The translations under genes and the position numbers were made by a program. This document shows, piece by piece, positions 1-11,045 of a stretch of 60,000 nt of DNA (positions are counted from its first letter, which is position 1; each line of letters starts with the position of its first letter). Source of the DNA: Lama glama (lineage: Eukaryota); the NCBI GenBank assembly GCA_028534125.1, contig CM052816.1, forward strand, positions 13,518,001 through 13,578,000, written 5' to 3'. The notes below the pieces were generated by a model that was not told where the DNA came from, did not search any database, and saw only the letters and a program-made list of their open reading frames with translations.

Positions 1-272
1 GAGCTGCTACCTTCCCATGGGAAGCAGCCCCATACGGCTTGTTCTTTCAAACAGGTGCACAGCTCCACAGGGCATGTGAAACCGGAAGAGCCCTGATGCT
101 CACAGGGAAGGGTACGGCTTGGTCTAAGCTATGACCTGAATGCAGGAAGCAACAGCTCTTTCTCCTGGCTGACCCTATCCTGGCATATCCTTTGCTAGGA
201 AGGGTGAGAAAGGAGCTCAGCCCTTTGGGCCAAATGCATACAAACTGCCAAGAAAACAAAAGCAAAAGTAAA

Positions 273-290
273 CACACACACACACACACA
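273..290. repeat. (CA)9 microsatellite
   Basis: Read directly. Confidence 0.95.
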
Positions 291-509
291 TCTCCCCAGT
301 GGATTAGAGCTGTATGTGATACATTTTTGGCATAAGGGTTTTGCTTGCCAATAAGAGAACTGTGAAGAAAGCCTCATCTCCTCAGTAAGAATGCCTTATT
401 TTGGTTTAATTGTTAGAACCATTTCTCCATCTTCCCCTACATTAAGGCAGAGCTCCCTGACCCTCTGTCCCCCATTCCCTGATTTCTCAAAGAGATGGTA
501 AAAGCTTAC

Positions 510-625
510 ACTGATAGAGGTATACTACTTGCCAGATGTTGTTCGAAGGGCTTTACATAAATTAATTAATGTAATCCTCACAAGGACTCTAAGAGGGGAG
601 GTACTATTGTTGTCTTAAGGTTTTC
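510..625 (-). mobile_element. MIR SINE fragment
   Basis: gctttacata...aatcctcacaa...aggtactatt matches the reverse complement of the MIR 3' half. Confidence 0.65.
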
Positions 626-1449
626 CCAGAAAGAAGAGCCTAAGGTGAAGGATTGTAGGACGTACTCTCCCAGCAGGTCCTCAGGGGGAATGAGGCAGAG
701 AAGCCAGCCACCAAGACTTGCTCCATCTGTTGGGATCATCTTCCAAGAGGCTACCTAGTGACTGGCATTTGGGATGCCCAGTTTCCATCTCTCATTAGTC
801 AAAGGCTTCCCCTCGGAGTTTTTTTTAATACCCTCTTGCTTCCCCGTAGTACATGTGCGGACGCCACTTTATGTCACGCCTCCCTGGGGTGGGAGGTGCG
901 GGGCTGGGGCACGTGCCACGGGCATGAGGCTACAAGCTCTCAGGCTGCACCGGCGTGAAATGTGTTGGAGGCTGCACAACCGGTCACCACGGTGGTAGCT
1001 GAAGTACGCACGAAGTATGCACAGGAGGAGCCAAGATAATCTGATGTGCAATGTAAACATTTCTGATACAATTATTGTATTTCCTTTCTCAGATGGGAAA
1101 ACTCGAACACAAAGAAGTGAAGTCATCCATGCAGTTCCAGAAGAGACAAGCAAAACACTATGTAGTGTGGCTCCAGAACGTTCCCCCTTCATCACTGTGT
1201 TCTCAAGCACCTACAGATGACCTGCAACTGCCCTGAAGTCTGCCAGCTGCCTCGCTGCAGCCCCCACCGTTTGAGCCACAGTAGCTGTGAGCTGGTTGGA
1301 AGACCAGTCAGTGTAAGAAAGAAAGACTTGCTAATAATGCTCACCACGCAGTGCAGTGAAATCAGTCACTGACGCTCAGCCAAAGACAGACATTTAATGA
1401 AACCACCCCCAGGGCCAATGCAGAAGAAATCTGGCTTGTAAGGGTGGAA

Positions 1450-1590
1450 ATAAATGAAAGAGATGATAAAAACACAAACAGAAAAGATCAATGAAACTGA
1501 GAGCTCCTTTTCAAAAAGGTAAACAAATAAAACTTTACCTAGACCCACTGAGAAAAAAGGAGAGAACTGAAAATCAGAAAAGAGGCGGAG
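1450..1590 (+). mobile_element. Old L1 ORF2 fragment
   Basis: gaaaagatcaatgaaactgagagctccttttcaaaaaggtaaacaaa resembles the L1 ORF2 'KINETKSWFFEKINK' region. Confidence 0.55.
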
Positions 1591-1847
1591 AAGGAAAGAA
1601 GGAAGGGAAGAAGGAAAATAAATCTGACCCTGCTAAGGGTTGGCAAAGAAGAAACTAAACTGTGTTCCTGCTCGTTAATACTCTCACTTTTGTAAGACCC
1701 TGAAATAACTGGAGCATCGTTAAGAAAGGAAAAGAAAGCACCCTCTTCTTTGCTCTTCCCTGGATCTGAAAGGGAACGCCACAGGTGACTTGATGGCTCC
1801 AGAGGAGGAAGCATCAGAGGTGCATCAAAAAACAGGAAAGCTGCAGC

Positions 1848-1981
1848 AGGGAAGGTATAGCTCAGTGGCAGAGTGTGTGCTTAGCATGCACGAGGTCCTG
1901 GGTTCAATCCCCAGTACCTCCATTAGAAACAAATAAATAAACCTAATTAACTCTTCCCTCCAAAAAAAAAAAAAAAAAAAA
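1848..1981 (+). mobile_element. tRNA-Ala(AGC)-derived SINE (camelid Vic-1-like), full length
   Basis: Head ggtatagctcagtggcagag...ttagcat...gggttcaatcccc...acctcca with Pol III A and B boxes, then an AT-rich body and an A20 tail. Imperfect TSD aaaaacaggaaag / aaaaccaggaaag. Confidence 0.9.
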
Positions 1982-2999
1982 CCAGGAAAGTCGCTGGAAA
2001 AAAAATAACTCAAACAGAAGTGGAACAACTCAAAACAAACAAGAGACCCAAATCAAAGGAGCCCTGAGGCTCCTGAGCTTGAACAGCTTGAAGCCAAGCA
2101 TTTCCCCTTTCAGAATGGATATTTCTTATGATGTGAATGTGAAAGATTTAGTTCCTTGAACTCAGGAAATTTTTTGATTTTTTTTTTTAAGCAAAAAATT
2201 TGAACTGAACTTGCGTCTTTCCTTCTCCTAACCCTGAAGGCAAGGCTGGAAGACTGTAGGACACAGAAATTCCTGGGTAAGTGAAGGTCTGGCAGCTGGG
2301 CTGAACAAGGGTTGAGCTCCGATTTCTTCTGCATTTCCATTAATTTAAAGTGCTAAGTTGCCTGTTTGTTTTAAACTATGTGGTTGTCCTCTTTGCAGTG
2401 TCCCTTTAAATAGATTTTCCTTTGGCTCCGCCAAAAATAGCTAGAGAAGGTCCTTTGAGAATCCCATTCTTAGTCTTAAAAAAATACACTCTCCTCCCCG
2501 CTCCCTGCACATAAATAGGCCTGGAAGCAGCACCTCTCACTTCTTCCAGGGACCGCCAATCTATCAAAAACATGAATCTTTCAGGAAGAAAACAGAGCTG
2601 GTCAGGAAACAACCTCCCAGCCCATTTCTGCTTGTTCATTATGTGATCACCAAATATCAAGGCCCTCTTTCGGGATGAGCAGACAGGCAGGTCAGGGGCT
2701 GAATACCCAAATGCCTGCACCGCGGCCAGGCAGGTGGTGGACAGGGGTAAAAACGGGCCAGGCACCAGGGGGCCTGTTAGGAGCTAGGCGAACTGCAGAA
2801 GGCATGCCTGGGGGCGCAGGGAGTGGCCTTCGCCCAGTTCCAGCCAGCTGTTAGCAAGGAGATTTCAATGTTTTCAAGGAAAGTGACCCTGTTAAAAATG
2901 CCGGAGACCTGTCCGAGTTTTAAAAACAGCAACGTGTGCGACCAAAATACAAAAGAGAACACACGTGTGGGCTGCTCTGGCTAGAGGCCCTTGTTTTTA

Positions 3000-3335
3000 A
3001 CCGCTAGGTAAGAAAGAAAGATAAAGGAAGACACAATGCCTGTTCCCCGGGAGCTCATGACCCAGTGAGACGGAGAAGACACACAGCGTGTAAACTGTCC
3101 CTCCAGGTGGAACATGATACAGGTTACGAGAGAGGAACCAGAAAAGGCTACTGGGGTTCAGGAATGCGAGAGGGCACCTGAGGCAGAAAGGATTCTTGCA
3201 GGCAGGGGCATTTGAGCTGAGGCTAGAGAATGAGGTAGACTCTGGCAGGCAGAAGCTGAGGAGGGACCATTCCAGACAGAGAGAGAAGCAAAAAAGGAGG
3301 GAGCAGGGAAGAGGATGGCTGAGGGACGGCGGAGG
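3000..3335 (-). mobile_element. L2 LINE 3' fragment
   Basis: Purine-rich 'gcatttgagctgagg...cattccagacagag' typical of antisense L2. Confidence 0.6.
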
Positions 3336-4883
3336 TACTCCTACAGCTACTCACACGCGTCTACCATGCACCATGCTGGGGGGCGGAGGGAGGTTGATCA
3401 TGAGGGACACACACCAGGCTGCAAAGACTAAGAGGGCCCAGCCCAGACAAGGCCTGTGAGGCCGTATCCAGAGTTTTATCTTAAGAGGCAAGGGAAAGCT
3501 GCCCTTGAAGTTTTTTTTTTTTTTTTGAAGCAGGGGAATCACATGTTGAGATCCACAGTGTTCCAAGTTCCCCAGTTACAGGACATGCATTCTGCGGACA
3601 GGAAGGGAGCCAGAGCTCCACCAGCCAGAACAAGCGGCGAGGAGCCCTTTGCAAGCAGTCTGGGAATGAGATGATGACAGCTGGGACCGGGCGGGGGAGG
3701 GGGTAGTGATGGACTCGGAAAAAAGAGGACGGATTCAAGCGATAGTTAGGGGTTAAAGTCCCCAGGACTATCAGTTCAGGGCAGGGATCGATGGGGAATG
3801 TGGGCAACGTGGCTCTGGGAGGGGGTGGGCAGGGGAGCAGGCCACACCCCAAGTGGCCCAGCAGCCAAGCAATTCTGTGCCGGCAGCAGTGGGTGTCTCG
3901 CGGTTACTAGAGAGAAGAAAGGTTCAGAAGCCAGGGTGTATGGCTGGGGGAAGGTGGCCAGAGAAGCTCACAGGAGCTTTCCATCTTAGAAAGCCATCAT
4001 CTCCAAAGTACTGTTTTCTTTTAAATGTGCTCTGTAAAATTCCGTAGCTATTTTGTTTGGACGAGTCTTGACGGCAAGGAAACAACTAGCTCTTCTCATG
4101 CATTCAACAGCTGTCCAGTAGCTAAATCTTCTCTTCCAGACTTGGGATGGAAGAAGAAGGAACAGGGGAGTATCTATAAGATATACATTAATGCCAAGGA
4201 TCCATGCCCACCTTCCTTACTCGGACCCCTTCTTGAGAACCTCAAGGAATGCTAGTTAACTACTGAGGCCCATTCTCCCTGGTGCCAAGGCCTAGCAGTG
4301 ACTTTCTTTATAACCACAGGCATCTTCACATAAACCCAATTCACTCTGCTTGTTGATCATTAAGGAAATGTGAAGACATCCTTCTTGACTTGCAGGGGTG
4401 CCTGGAAGTCCTTGAACCCCAGTCACGGGAAGGAGAAAGCAGCCAAGCCACTAGACACCCAACCCTTGATAACTTGTGGAGTCTGCGTATTTTGATAAGG
4501 TCTCACTCGTACGCCAAGCATTTGTCCTACAACGTTCCTTCACGATCCCTGCAACCTACAGAATTTCATCCTTTCTGGAGAGTCACAACACGTAACACAG
4601 TATCCAAATAGACATCCGGTACTCAGGTAATGAAAAGAACCATAGGGAAACAGTAAGCGGCAATGGGACTGAAGTTGATTTTGGCCTCCCCATTGCTCTC
4701 TCTCCCCCTCTCCCCCTGAAATCTTAGAATTTCAGTGTAGACGTATCCATGCTGCAGGTGTGTTCATCTCCCCTCTGAAAAAGGACCTTTTATCCCATAT
4801 GTCCTGGTCATGTTAGCACACCATGCAAAGACCATTCAGTAGACTTAATACTCGCTATTAAATGTTATTTTACCTAAATTACT

Positions 4884-5571
4884 TGCAGTAGGCACTGTGG
4901 GCTGCCTATCCAGAGCTCCACTTTTATACTGGCGTCCATGTCTCCCACAAATGGCCCAGGTAAATCCTGTTTGGGGTGAAAAACCATGATGGTCCCATTA
5001 CCTTTGCCAGCAAATGCTTCAAATCTGAGATGAGATGGGAAGTCTACTGGAGAGCTTCTGGGAGAAGCATCATCACACCTCTTAAGAACAGACTCAAGAA
5101 GGAAATACAGCTACCCTTGAACCACACTCCTGCAGTCAGAAGTCCTTGTATAAGTCTATAGTCAACTCTCCATATCTCTGGTTCCACAGCCATGGATTCA
5201 ATCAGCCATACTGTATTATGCAGATAAATAGTGCATATTTAGTGGACAAAATCCACATACGAAGGGACCCGCACAGTTCGAACCCATGTTGTTCAGGTGT
5301 CAGTGCCTTTCTGCCTCTGGACAACCATGAGTGACAACCATGAATGTGCAGCGTGCAGTGCAACATCTTCTGACCCTGAGAGGGGTGAGCCAACACAGTG
5401 AAGCTGGCCGTGACCAGGATCGTGAAAATAACCTGAGTACTTCATGAGCCAAGAAATTCACCAACCCTCAGCACTGATTGTGTGTAATGAGACAACAGAT
5501 TCTCTTATTGTTTAAGCCATTTTGAATTGGATTTTTCGTTTCTTGCAGTCCAAAGCATCTAAAATGATACA
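4884..5571 (+). mobile_element. MLT1-type (ERVL-MaLR) LTR, interrupted by a Tigger-type element
   Basis: TG start; characteristic end 'tgtttaagccatttt...ggattttt...ttcttgcagtccaaagcatctaaaatgataca'. Confidence 0.7.
5159..5305 (-). mobile_element. TcMar-Tigger non-autonomous element (MER2/MER8-like)
   Basis: Reverse complement reads cactgacacctgaacaacatgggttcgaactgtgcgggtccc...tatgtggatttt, matching a Tigger-family terminus. Confidence 0.7.
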
Positions 5572-6303
5572 ATACCTCTCTGGAGAAGCAAGAAAAGGGC
5601 CTAGCAACAAAGGAATAGGTGCTTCAGGAAAGAGACTAAGATTTATTTCTGAAAAAGTGTTTCAGGAAAACCAGCTGTGAAAGGTATTTTTAATAGTCAG
5701 CCCTGATGTACAGAGGGCCCTCTGAAATCCTCCTGTGCAGCATAAAGTTACAGCAAGCCACTGTGAATGGTATGTGTGGGGATATACAACATATTTGGAG
5801 TCATTATAACATGTAAACATTAGGCAACTACCATGAAATTAGTCTTTATTATTCATCTACTCTTATTTCCTTCTACAATGGTAAGATTGGGCTTTTTTTT
5901 TTCTTTTTTCTTTTTTTTATCGCCCTTCTACCTCATGAATACACAGAGTTTCATGATTGGAAGGGAACTCAGAAAACCAGGCTCAAAGAGATTGAATGAT
6001 TTCAACAAGGTCTTACAGCTAGCTGGGGGCAGTTTTCCTTATTACTAAAAATGCTTCATGTGTGATTTTAAAACAAAGTCATTTGCTGAACACCCGGTTT
6101 AATGCAAATTTGAACTGTAAAGACATGAGAAATCAAAACCAGAATTTTATTTTTAGTAATTTCATTATGAAAATAAAATCTGTTTGAACTCACTGCTTTG
6201 AGCTTCCTCTTCCCTATTTCCCACACCCTCCCAAATCCCAGCCCATGTCTCTCAATACCATTTCTCCCTCCTTGAAAATCCTTGCATATGGCCCATCCTC
6301 TAG

Positions 6304-6475
6304 GCCACTGGTTCTGAAAAGACTGTTTGAACCCGATTTTTCTAGGAAGTAAACCAGAAATGCAGATTCCTAGGCGGGTCCAAATCAGTAGATCGAGGGT
6401 AGGGCCCAGCACTGTCAGCGTAAACAAGCACCCCAGGTGAGCCTCGTTGTGCTTTGAGTTTCGAGGCACGTGACT
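6304..6475. mobile_element. MER5-type hAT-Charlie relic
   Basis: aaatgcagattcctagg...gggcccagca...taaacaagcaccccaggtga...gagtttcgag motif string. Confidence 0.7.
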
Positions 6476-8990
6476 CCAAACTGCTAGATTCCAGGATCCA
6501 AATAGCAAACATCTAATTATCACAGTAGATTTATGCTGGAACAACAAAAAATATGTGCAGAGTTGCCTATAATTTTTATGTTCCCTCTGAGGTCTGAAAC
6601 AGATCCAACAGCTCTGTGATCTGGATGCCCCCTGAATCATTTGCGTGGAGGTTTGGGGTTTTTATTCTTTCCCCCTAAGACTTTTTTCCCCTTTGAATGA
6701 ATTTCTACTTGGGATTAAATATAAAATGTCTTAACTCTCCCTCCTGAGCTAAAGGAAATCAATTTTGGAAAGTGTTTCAAAAGAGTAGTTTAAAAAATAC
6801 ACAAAATTTCTTCCCTTTGAACCAGATGCCTGGGACTCACAGGGCCAACACAGTAGGTAATGAGAGAAGTAAACACCGGCTTTTCCAGCAGCATCAACCC
6901 TGAAACCAAAACTGAGGAAGGAAGCTGACCATTAAGTAAGTGGATCGGAGGAACAATAGCTCAGGCGTATCCTCGGGTAAGTTCGAACCTGAGAAAACAG
7001 GAATGAAACAGACAAACCCCTTGTCCCAAGTTCACTTGCCCTTCCTGTTCGATTTTAAAATAGGACGCTGCTGTAAATGAGAATAGAGAGTTCACGTGGA
7101 ATCTTACAATGCCGCTGGGCTCCAGAAAATTCTTTCAGATGTAAACAAATACTCCTTACTGGATTCAGCAGTACTCGTTTATACTAACTCCTCCACGACA
7201 TTTTAAATCTAGAGGCTGCAGAGAACAAGGACCCAGCGTGCAGAGAATGGGAGTCCGTGTGTTCTAACATCAGCCCTGACCAACTCACATTACAGCCATG
7301 AGGGGGTGTCTGGCAGTAGACTTCTTAATGGTTACACGAACAGAGAAATGCCACATAACCTCCCAGAACCAAAGAAAATCATTAAGTATCAGAGATGAGA
7401 CATAATGTTCCAGAAATGCTATAAAACAAATTAAGTCCAGCAAGAAAATTGGTTTCAATTCGTCAGAAGGCCAAAGTCAAGATCACAGCTGTAACTTGCA
7501 TTTTCCACGTGTACTTCTTCTCGGGTGAGGGACAAAGAGCGGACTTCACTGGGAGAGAAGAGGGTAGAACAAGAGGGAGACAGCGATCCAACCACCGGAG
7601 GTGAGGAGGCTCGACTGCCCGATACCCACCTCGAGGGTTTTGGGTTTTTGTTTTTTTTTTCCTCTCTTTTTCTTTAAAGGTTCCTAACAATTCTCAGGGC
7701 ACTTACAAATGGGAAGATTTAGTTGTGGCTCTGCTGGATCACCACTTACTCTTGGTCTCTCTCAGTCCGATTAAACCCTCATCTCAACGGCACGGCTTGA
7801 AAAGCCCAGCTGCTTTCAGCTGGTTGCTGTCTTTGTCCAGCTGCTCCCAGCAGGCTCGGAGGCCTCCTTAACACCCAGCGGCCACACAGCAGGCATGAGC
7901 ATCCCATCATGGGCTTGGCTGCGGTATACCTGGCACCTCCTCTGCTCTGCTGGAGGCAGGCCCTTCAAGTGTGCAGGTCCGCTCTGAACCAGCTCTCCCA
8001 CTTAACAAATGCTGACTAGGGTGCGTGGCACAGGAACCACACCGCCAGCTGAGAGCATCTGGAGCTACTTTTTAAAGCCCAGTTCCCATCATTTAAAACA
8101 CACTTCATCATGATTCTCGGACACTTTTGCGGCATTCTCCTTGCAAACTTGCACGTTCTCCACTAAGCTTAATTGTTTCTGAACGTGCAGTTCTCATATG
8201 GCAGGGCAAGAAAAAAAAATTTGACGTGTAACAAAGCTGCCCTTGATTCTGCCTAATTACTTCTCACAACATGCAAAATACTCATTTGTTCATAATTAAA
8301 ATCTGTGGAAATCTTTATGGTAACTTACATACTCTCTCTCCAAAATATCAAATATCATATTGGTAGAAATATGAAAACAAACCATGATCATCTCCCTCAG
8401 CAGAGTATCAACTTATCCCAAAGAAATGACTTAATGGCAGAACGAAGTGTGGGTAAGGGCTAAATTTATAACACATCAGTTCCATAGAACGCAGAGTTGA
8501 ATGATTTAGGGTAACTGTTACACTCTGTCTTTCCTTACGCTCTAGTCTCCCATCAAGAACATCCATCAAAGCTGATGGGAGGTTAGACCACACACACATG
8601 CGGTGGCTGACACCGGAAGGGGTGTCAGTGAGGCCAATCCGAAAAGGGCCAAGCAACAGTAAATACACAAAACTTCTAAACAGTTCCAAGAGTATAAATA
8701 TCCTAGCAGGAAAAACAGGCCCCCACTGGTTTTCTTTCATTATCTCTGAGGGCATCTACCAATTCCTCTCTTTTTTAAATTTCAAGGGCTTTGATACATG
8801 TAACTTTTAAAATCAGTGACACTGTAGAGAAAAGGGAGCTTACTATCCCTATTTGGCAGGTGAAGGAACTAAGGAATTGAGAAGTCAGTGGCTCGTCCAG
8901 AGGTAGGGAAGGGGTTTGTTAAAAACAGAACCAGCTCTAGAATCTGGGCCTCTTTATTCCAAATGCAAGGTCTGTAAACTCATAACATCT

Positions 8991-9146
8991 TCCTGTTTGC
9001 TCTTAATCATCACAAGAACATATAACTCCTGAAAAATCTGCTTGGTGATCTGGTATCATAGAGGACACACTCCTGTTTGCCCTTGACCATCACAAGAGCA
9101 AAGATCCCCCTGGAAGGTCTGCCTGGTGGCCCGGTCACATGGGCAC
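8991..9146. repeat. Diverged 80-bp tandem duplication (2 copies)
   Basis: tcctgtttgc...catcacaaga...tctgcYtggtg starts at both 8991 and 9071. Confidence 0.85.
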
Positions 9147-9353
9147 TTCCCCAGCCTCCTCTGCAAAAAGCATCTGACATCTGCTGCTGCCGTCCATTGC
9201 AGCTAACACTTCACACATTTCTCTCCTAAGCCTGCAGCACACCTGATGCAATAGTGGGAGGGGGAAACATAAGCAGAACGGAGACTGGCTTCAGTGCAAA
9301 GATAAGAACTTTCCCGGGGTGAGAAAAGGGCCAGCAATCGGTCTTAAACCTAC

Positions 9354-9459
9354 TTTGCCAAGTGGTTCATGAGCAGCTGTAACATCTGCCTGTTTTTCTC
9401 TGGGAGCCGATGAACAAGGCTGTGGATTTCAGAGACCCGAGACTCTTGATTCTCCAGCT
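9354..9459 (-). CDS. ARHGAP26: ARHGAP26 coding exon (~exon 17), 106 bp, (K)LENQESRVSEIHSLVHRLPEKNRQMLQLLMNHLA+AA
   Basis: ccttcctttgcag|AGCTGGAG...TTGGCAAA|gtaggt; peptide visible in ORF 9350..9538; phase 1 to 2. Confidence 0.97.
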
Positions 9460-10986
9460 CTGCAAAGGAAGGAGGTAGGTAACATGTGATGAGTGTCACA
9501 GCTAACTCAGTGGGCAAGGCCAAAAAACAGGACACCAAAGGTTGGGCACAACAGGCTGAGGATTTCCCAAGGGTTTAGGATCCTGTTCTGTGTACTCCTG
9601 ACTAGAATGACTAGACCTAGAAGTGCTTTTAATGGCACTTTCCATAACAGAATTCATTTAAAAAAATGACCATCAAGAAAACTCAAGCTGCAATGATGAC
9701 GTGATGAAATGGAGCCAGTCAAACACACACTCAGAGCAGGAACACTCTTGGGAGCAGCTGGCTCCCTAGAGTGACGGCTTCATTTCTAGGAAGGAAGGAA
9801 CTTGGTGCCCCTATCAGTTTTTTTGTGATAAACAAATTGTACATGAACGACATCGCAAGGGTCTCAAATACCAAAATAACACCTCGAGATGGCACCAAAG
9901 AAATCAAAGGGCCTCTCCAGCGATTCTCAGGTCAGGCGCAACCACCTGCCTGGTAAAGACAGGAACGGCAGAGAAAAGGAGAAAGTCTTTCTGCCACCCT
10001 GTAACCTACGTCGCGGGCTGTCACATTCTCTTGGTTGAACCCGGAGCAGTGGCTCTGTTTCTCTGGGAAACAGACTGATGATACGCACCACACCTATTTA
10101 CAGGACTGAGGTGAGGTTTCATTAGAGGACGGTTGCTATGGGTTCGGAATTTCTCTGTGAAGGAAATCACATAAACACTATCTTCACCTCCAGTGTTCTC
10201 CTGTGTCTTTCTCCTCTGTTTTACAGGGACAACTCTGAGCAGGTAAGGCCACCTGAATATTAGGTACTACAGAATGAGCCAGCAGTAGCTACCGGGGTAG
10301 ACAGAGTCTGCAAGCCTAAAGGAAGCAGGGAGAGGCAGAGGCTAGCGACATAGGAGCACGGTGGGGACTCATGCCGGATTTAAATCTGACAGAGAATCTA
10401 CTGCCCCTTACAGGAGGCCTGCCCCACGTAGACAGATTCCGGTCTACTCAGGGTAGTTTGCACCTAATCCCCATGTATTTTAATACTAGTAATATGACGC
10501 TCAGGACTTGGATGATACAGCTGAAGAATGATCGGAAGCTGGAAATGCACGCCATGATGGAAAGAGGACTGGGAAGTTATATAAATGGTGTCCTATTCAG
10601 GGAAACTCGCCCGATGCTCAATTTAGGTAATGTGCAAAGTCTGATTCATTCCGAAAAATGCCACTCCGAGGCTGGAAAAAACCCCAGGAGTCAGAGCTCC
10701 AATAATCAAAATTAGAAAGGCAAACTTGCTTTTCTCACCTCTCCCCACCCCCAAAAACTCACTTCTGAAGTTTCTCCCCTCCACTGGAAATTCAGCGTGG
10801 TGACAAGGTCGCTAGCAATCTGACTTCGTTTTGCTCTTATTCTGCATCAGTCTCACGAGTGTGTTATGTGGGGTGTTTGCCCGCAGAATACGAGGGGTTA
10901 GGTAAATCCTTCTTTGGGGATGCTGATCTTTGAAGGAGAAATTTCTATTCCTTTCCCCTTAAAACTGTGACAAAAAGAAAACTTAC

Positions 10987-11045
10987 TTGCCGCTTTGATG
11001 AAACTTCTTTGAAACTGGTACATCATGAGTGGTCCTGGAAGCATT
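10987..11045 (-). CDS. ARHGAP26: ARHGAP26 coding exon (~exon 16), 59 bp, (R)MLPGPLMMYQFQRSFIKAA+A
   Basis: ccttttgttccag|AATGCTTCCAGGACCA...GCGGCAA|gtaagt; RhoGAP 'LPxPL' motif; phase 2 to 1. Confidence 0.97.

Noticed and set aside
1848..1922. tRNA-Ala gene
   Set aside because: Followed by a SINE body, poly-A tail and TSD; a second family member lies at 29358.
6068..6640. Longest ORFs in the track (190 aa here; 28058..28621, 48470..49045, 50599..51129, 40940..41458)
   Set aside because: No recognisable domains; several overlap MER5 or L2 relics; consistent with chance ORFs in 60 kb with alternative start codons allowed.
9350..9538. ORF-track boundaries as the real CDS (also 31015..31332 and 26522..26707)
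   Set aside because: Only the portions between AG/GT splice sites are coding; the extensions are intronic read-through.
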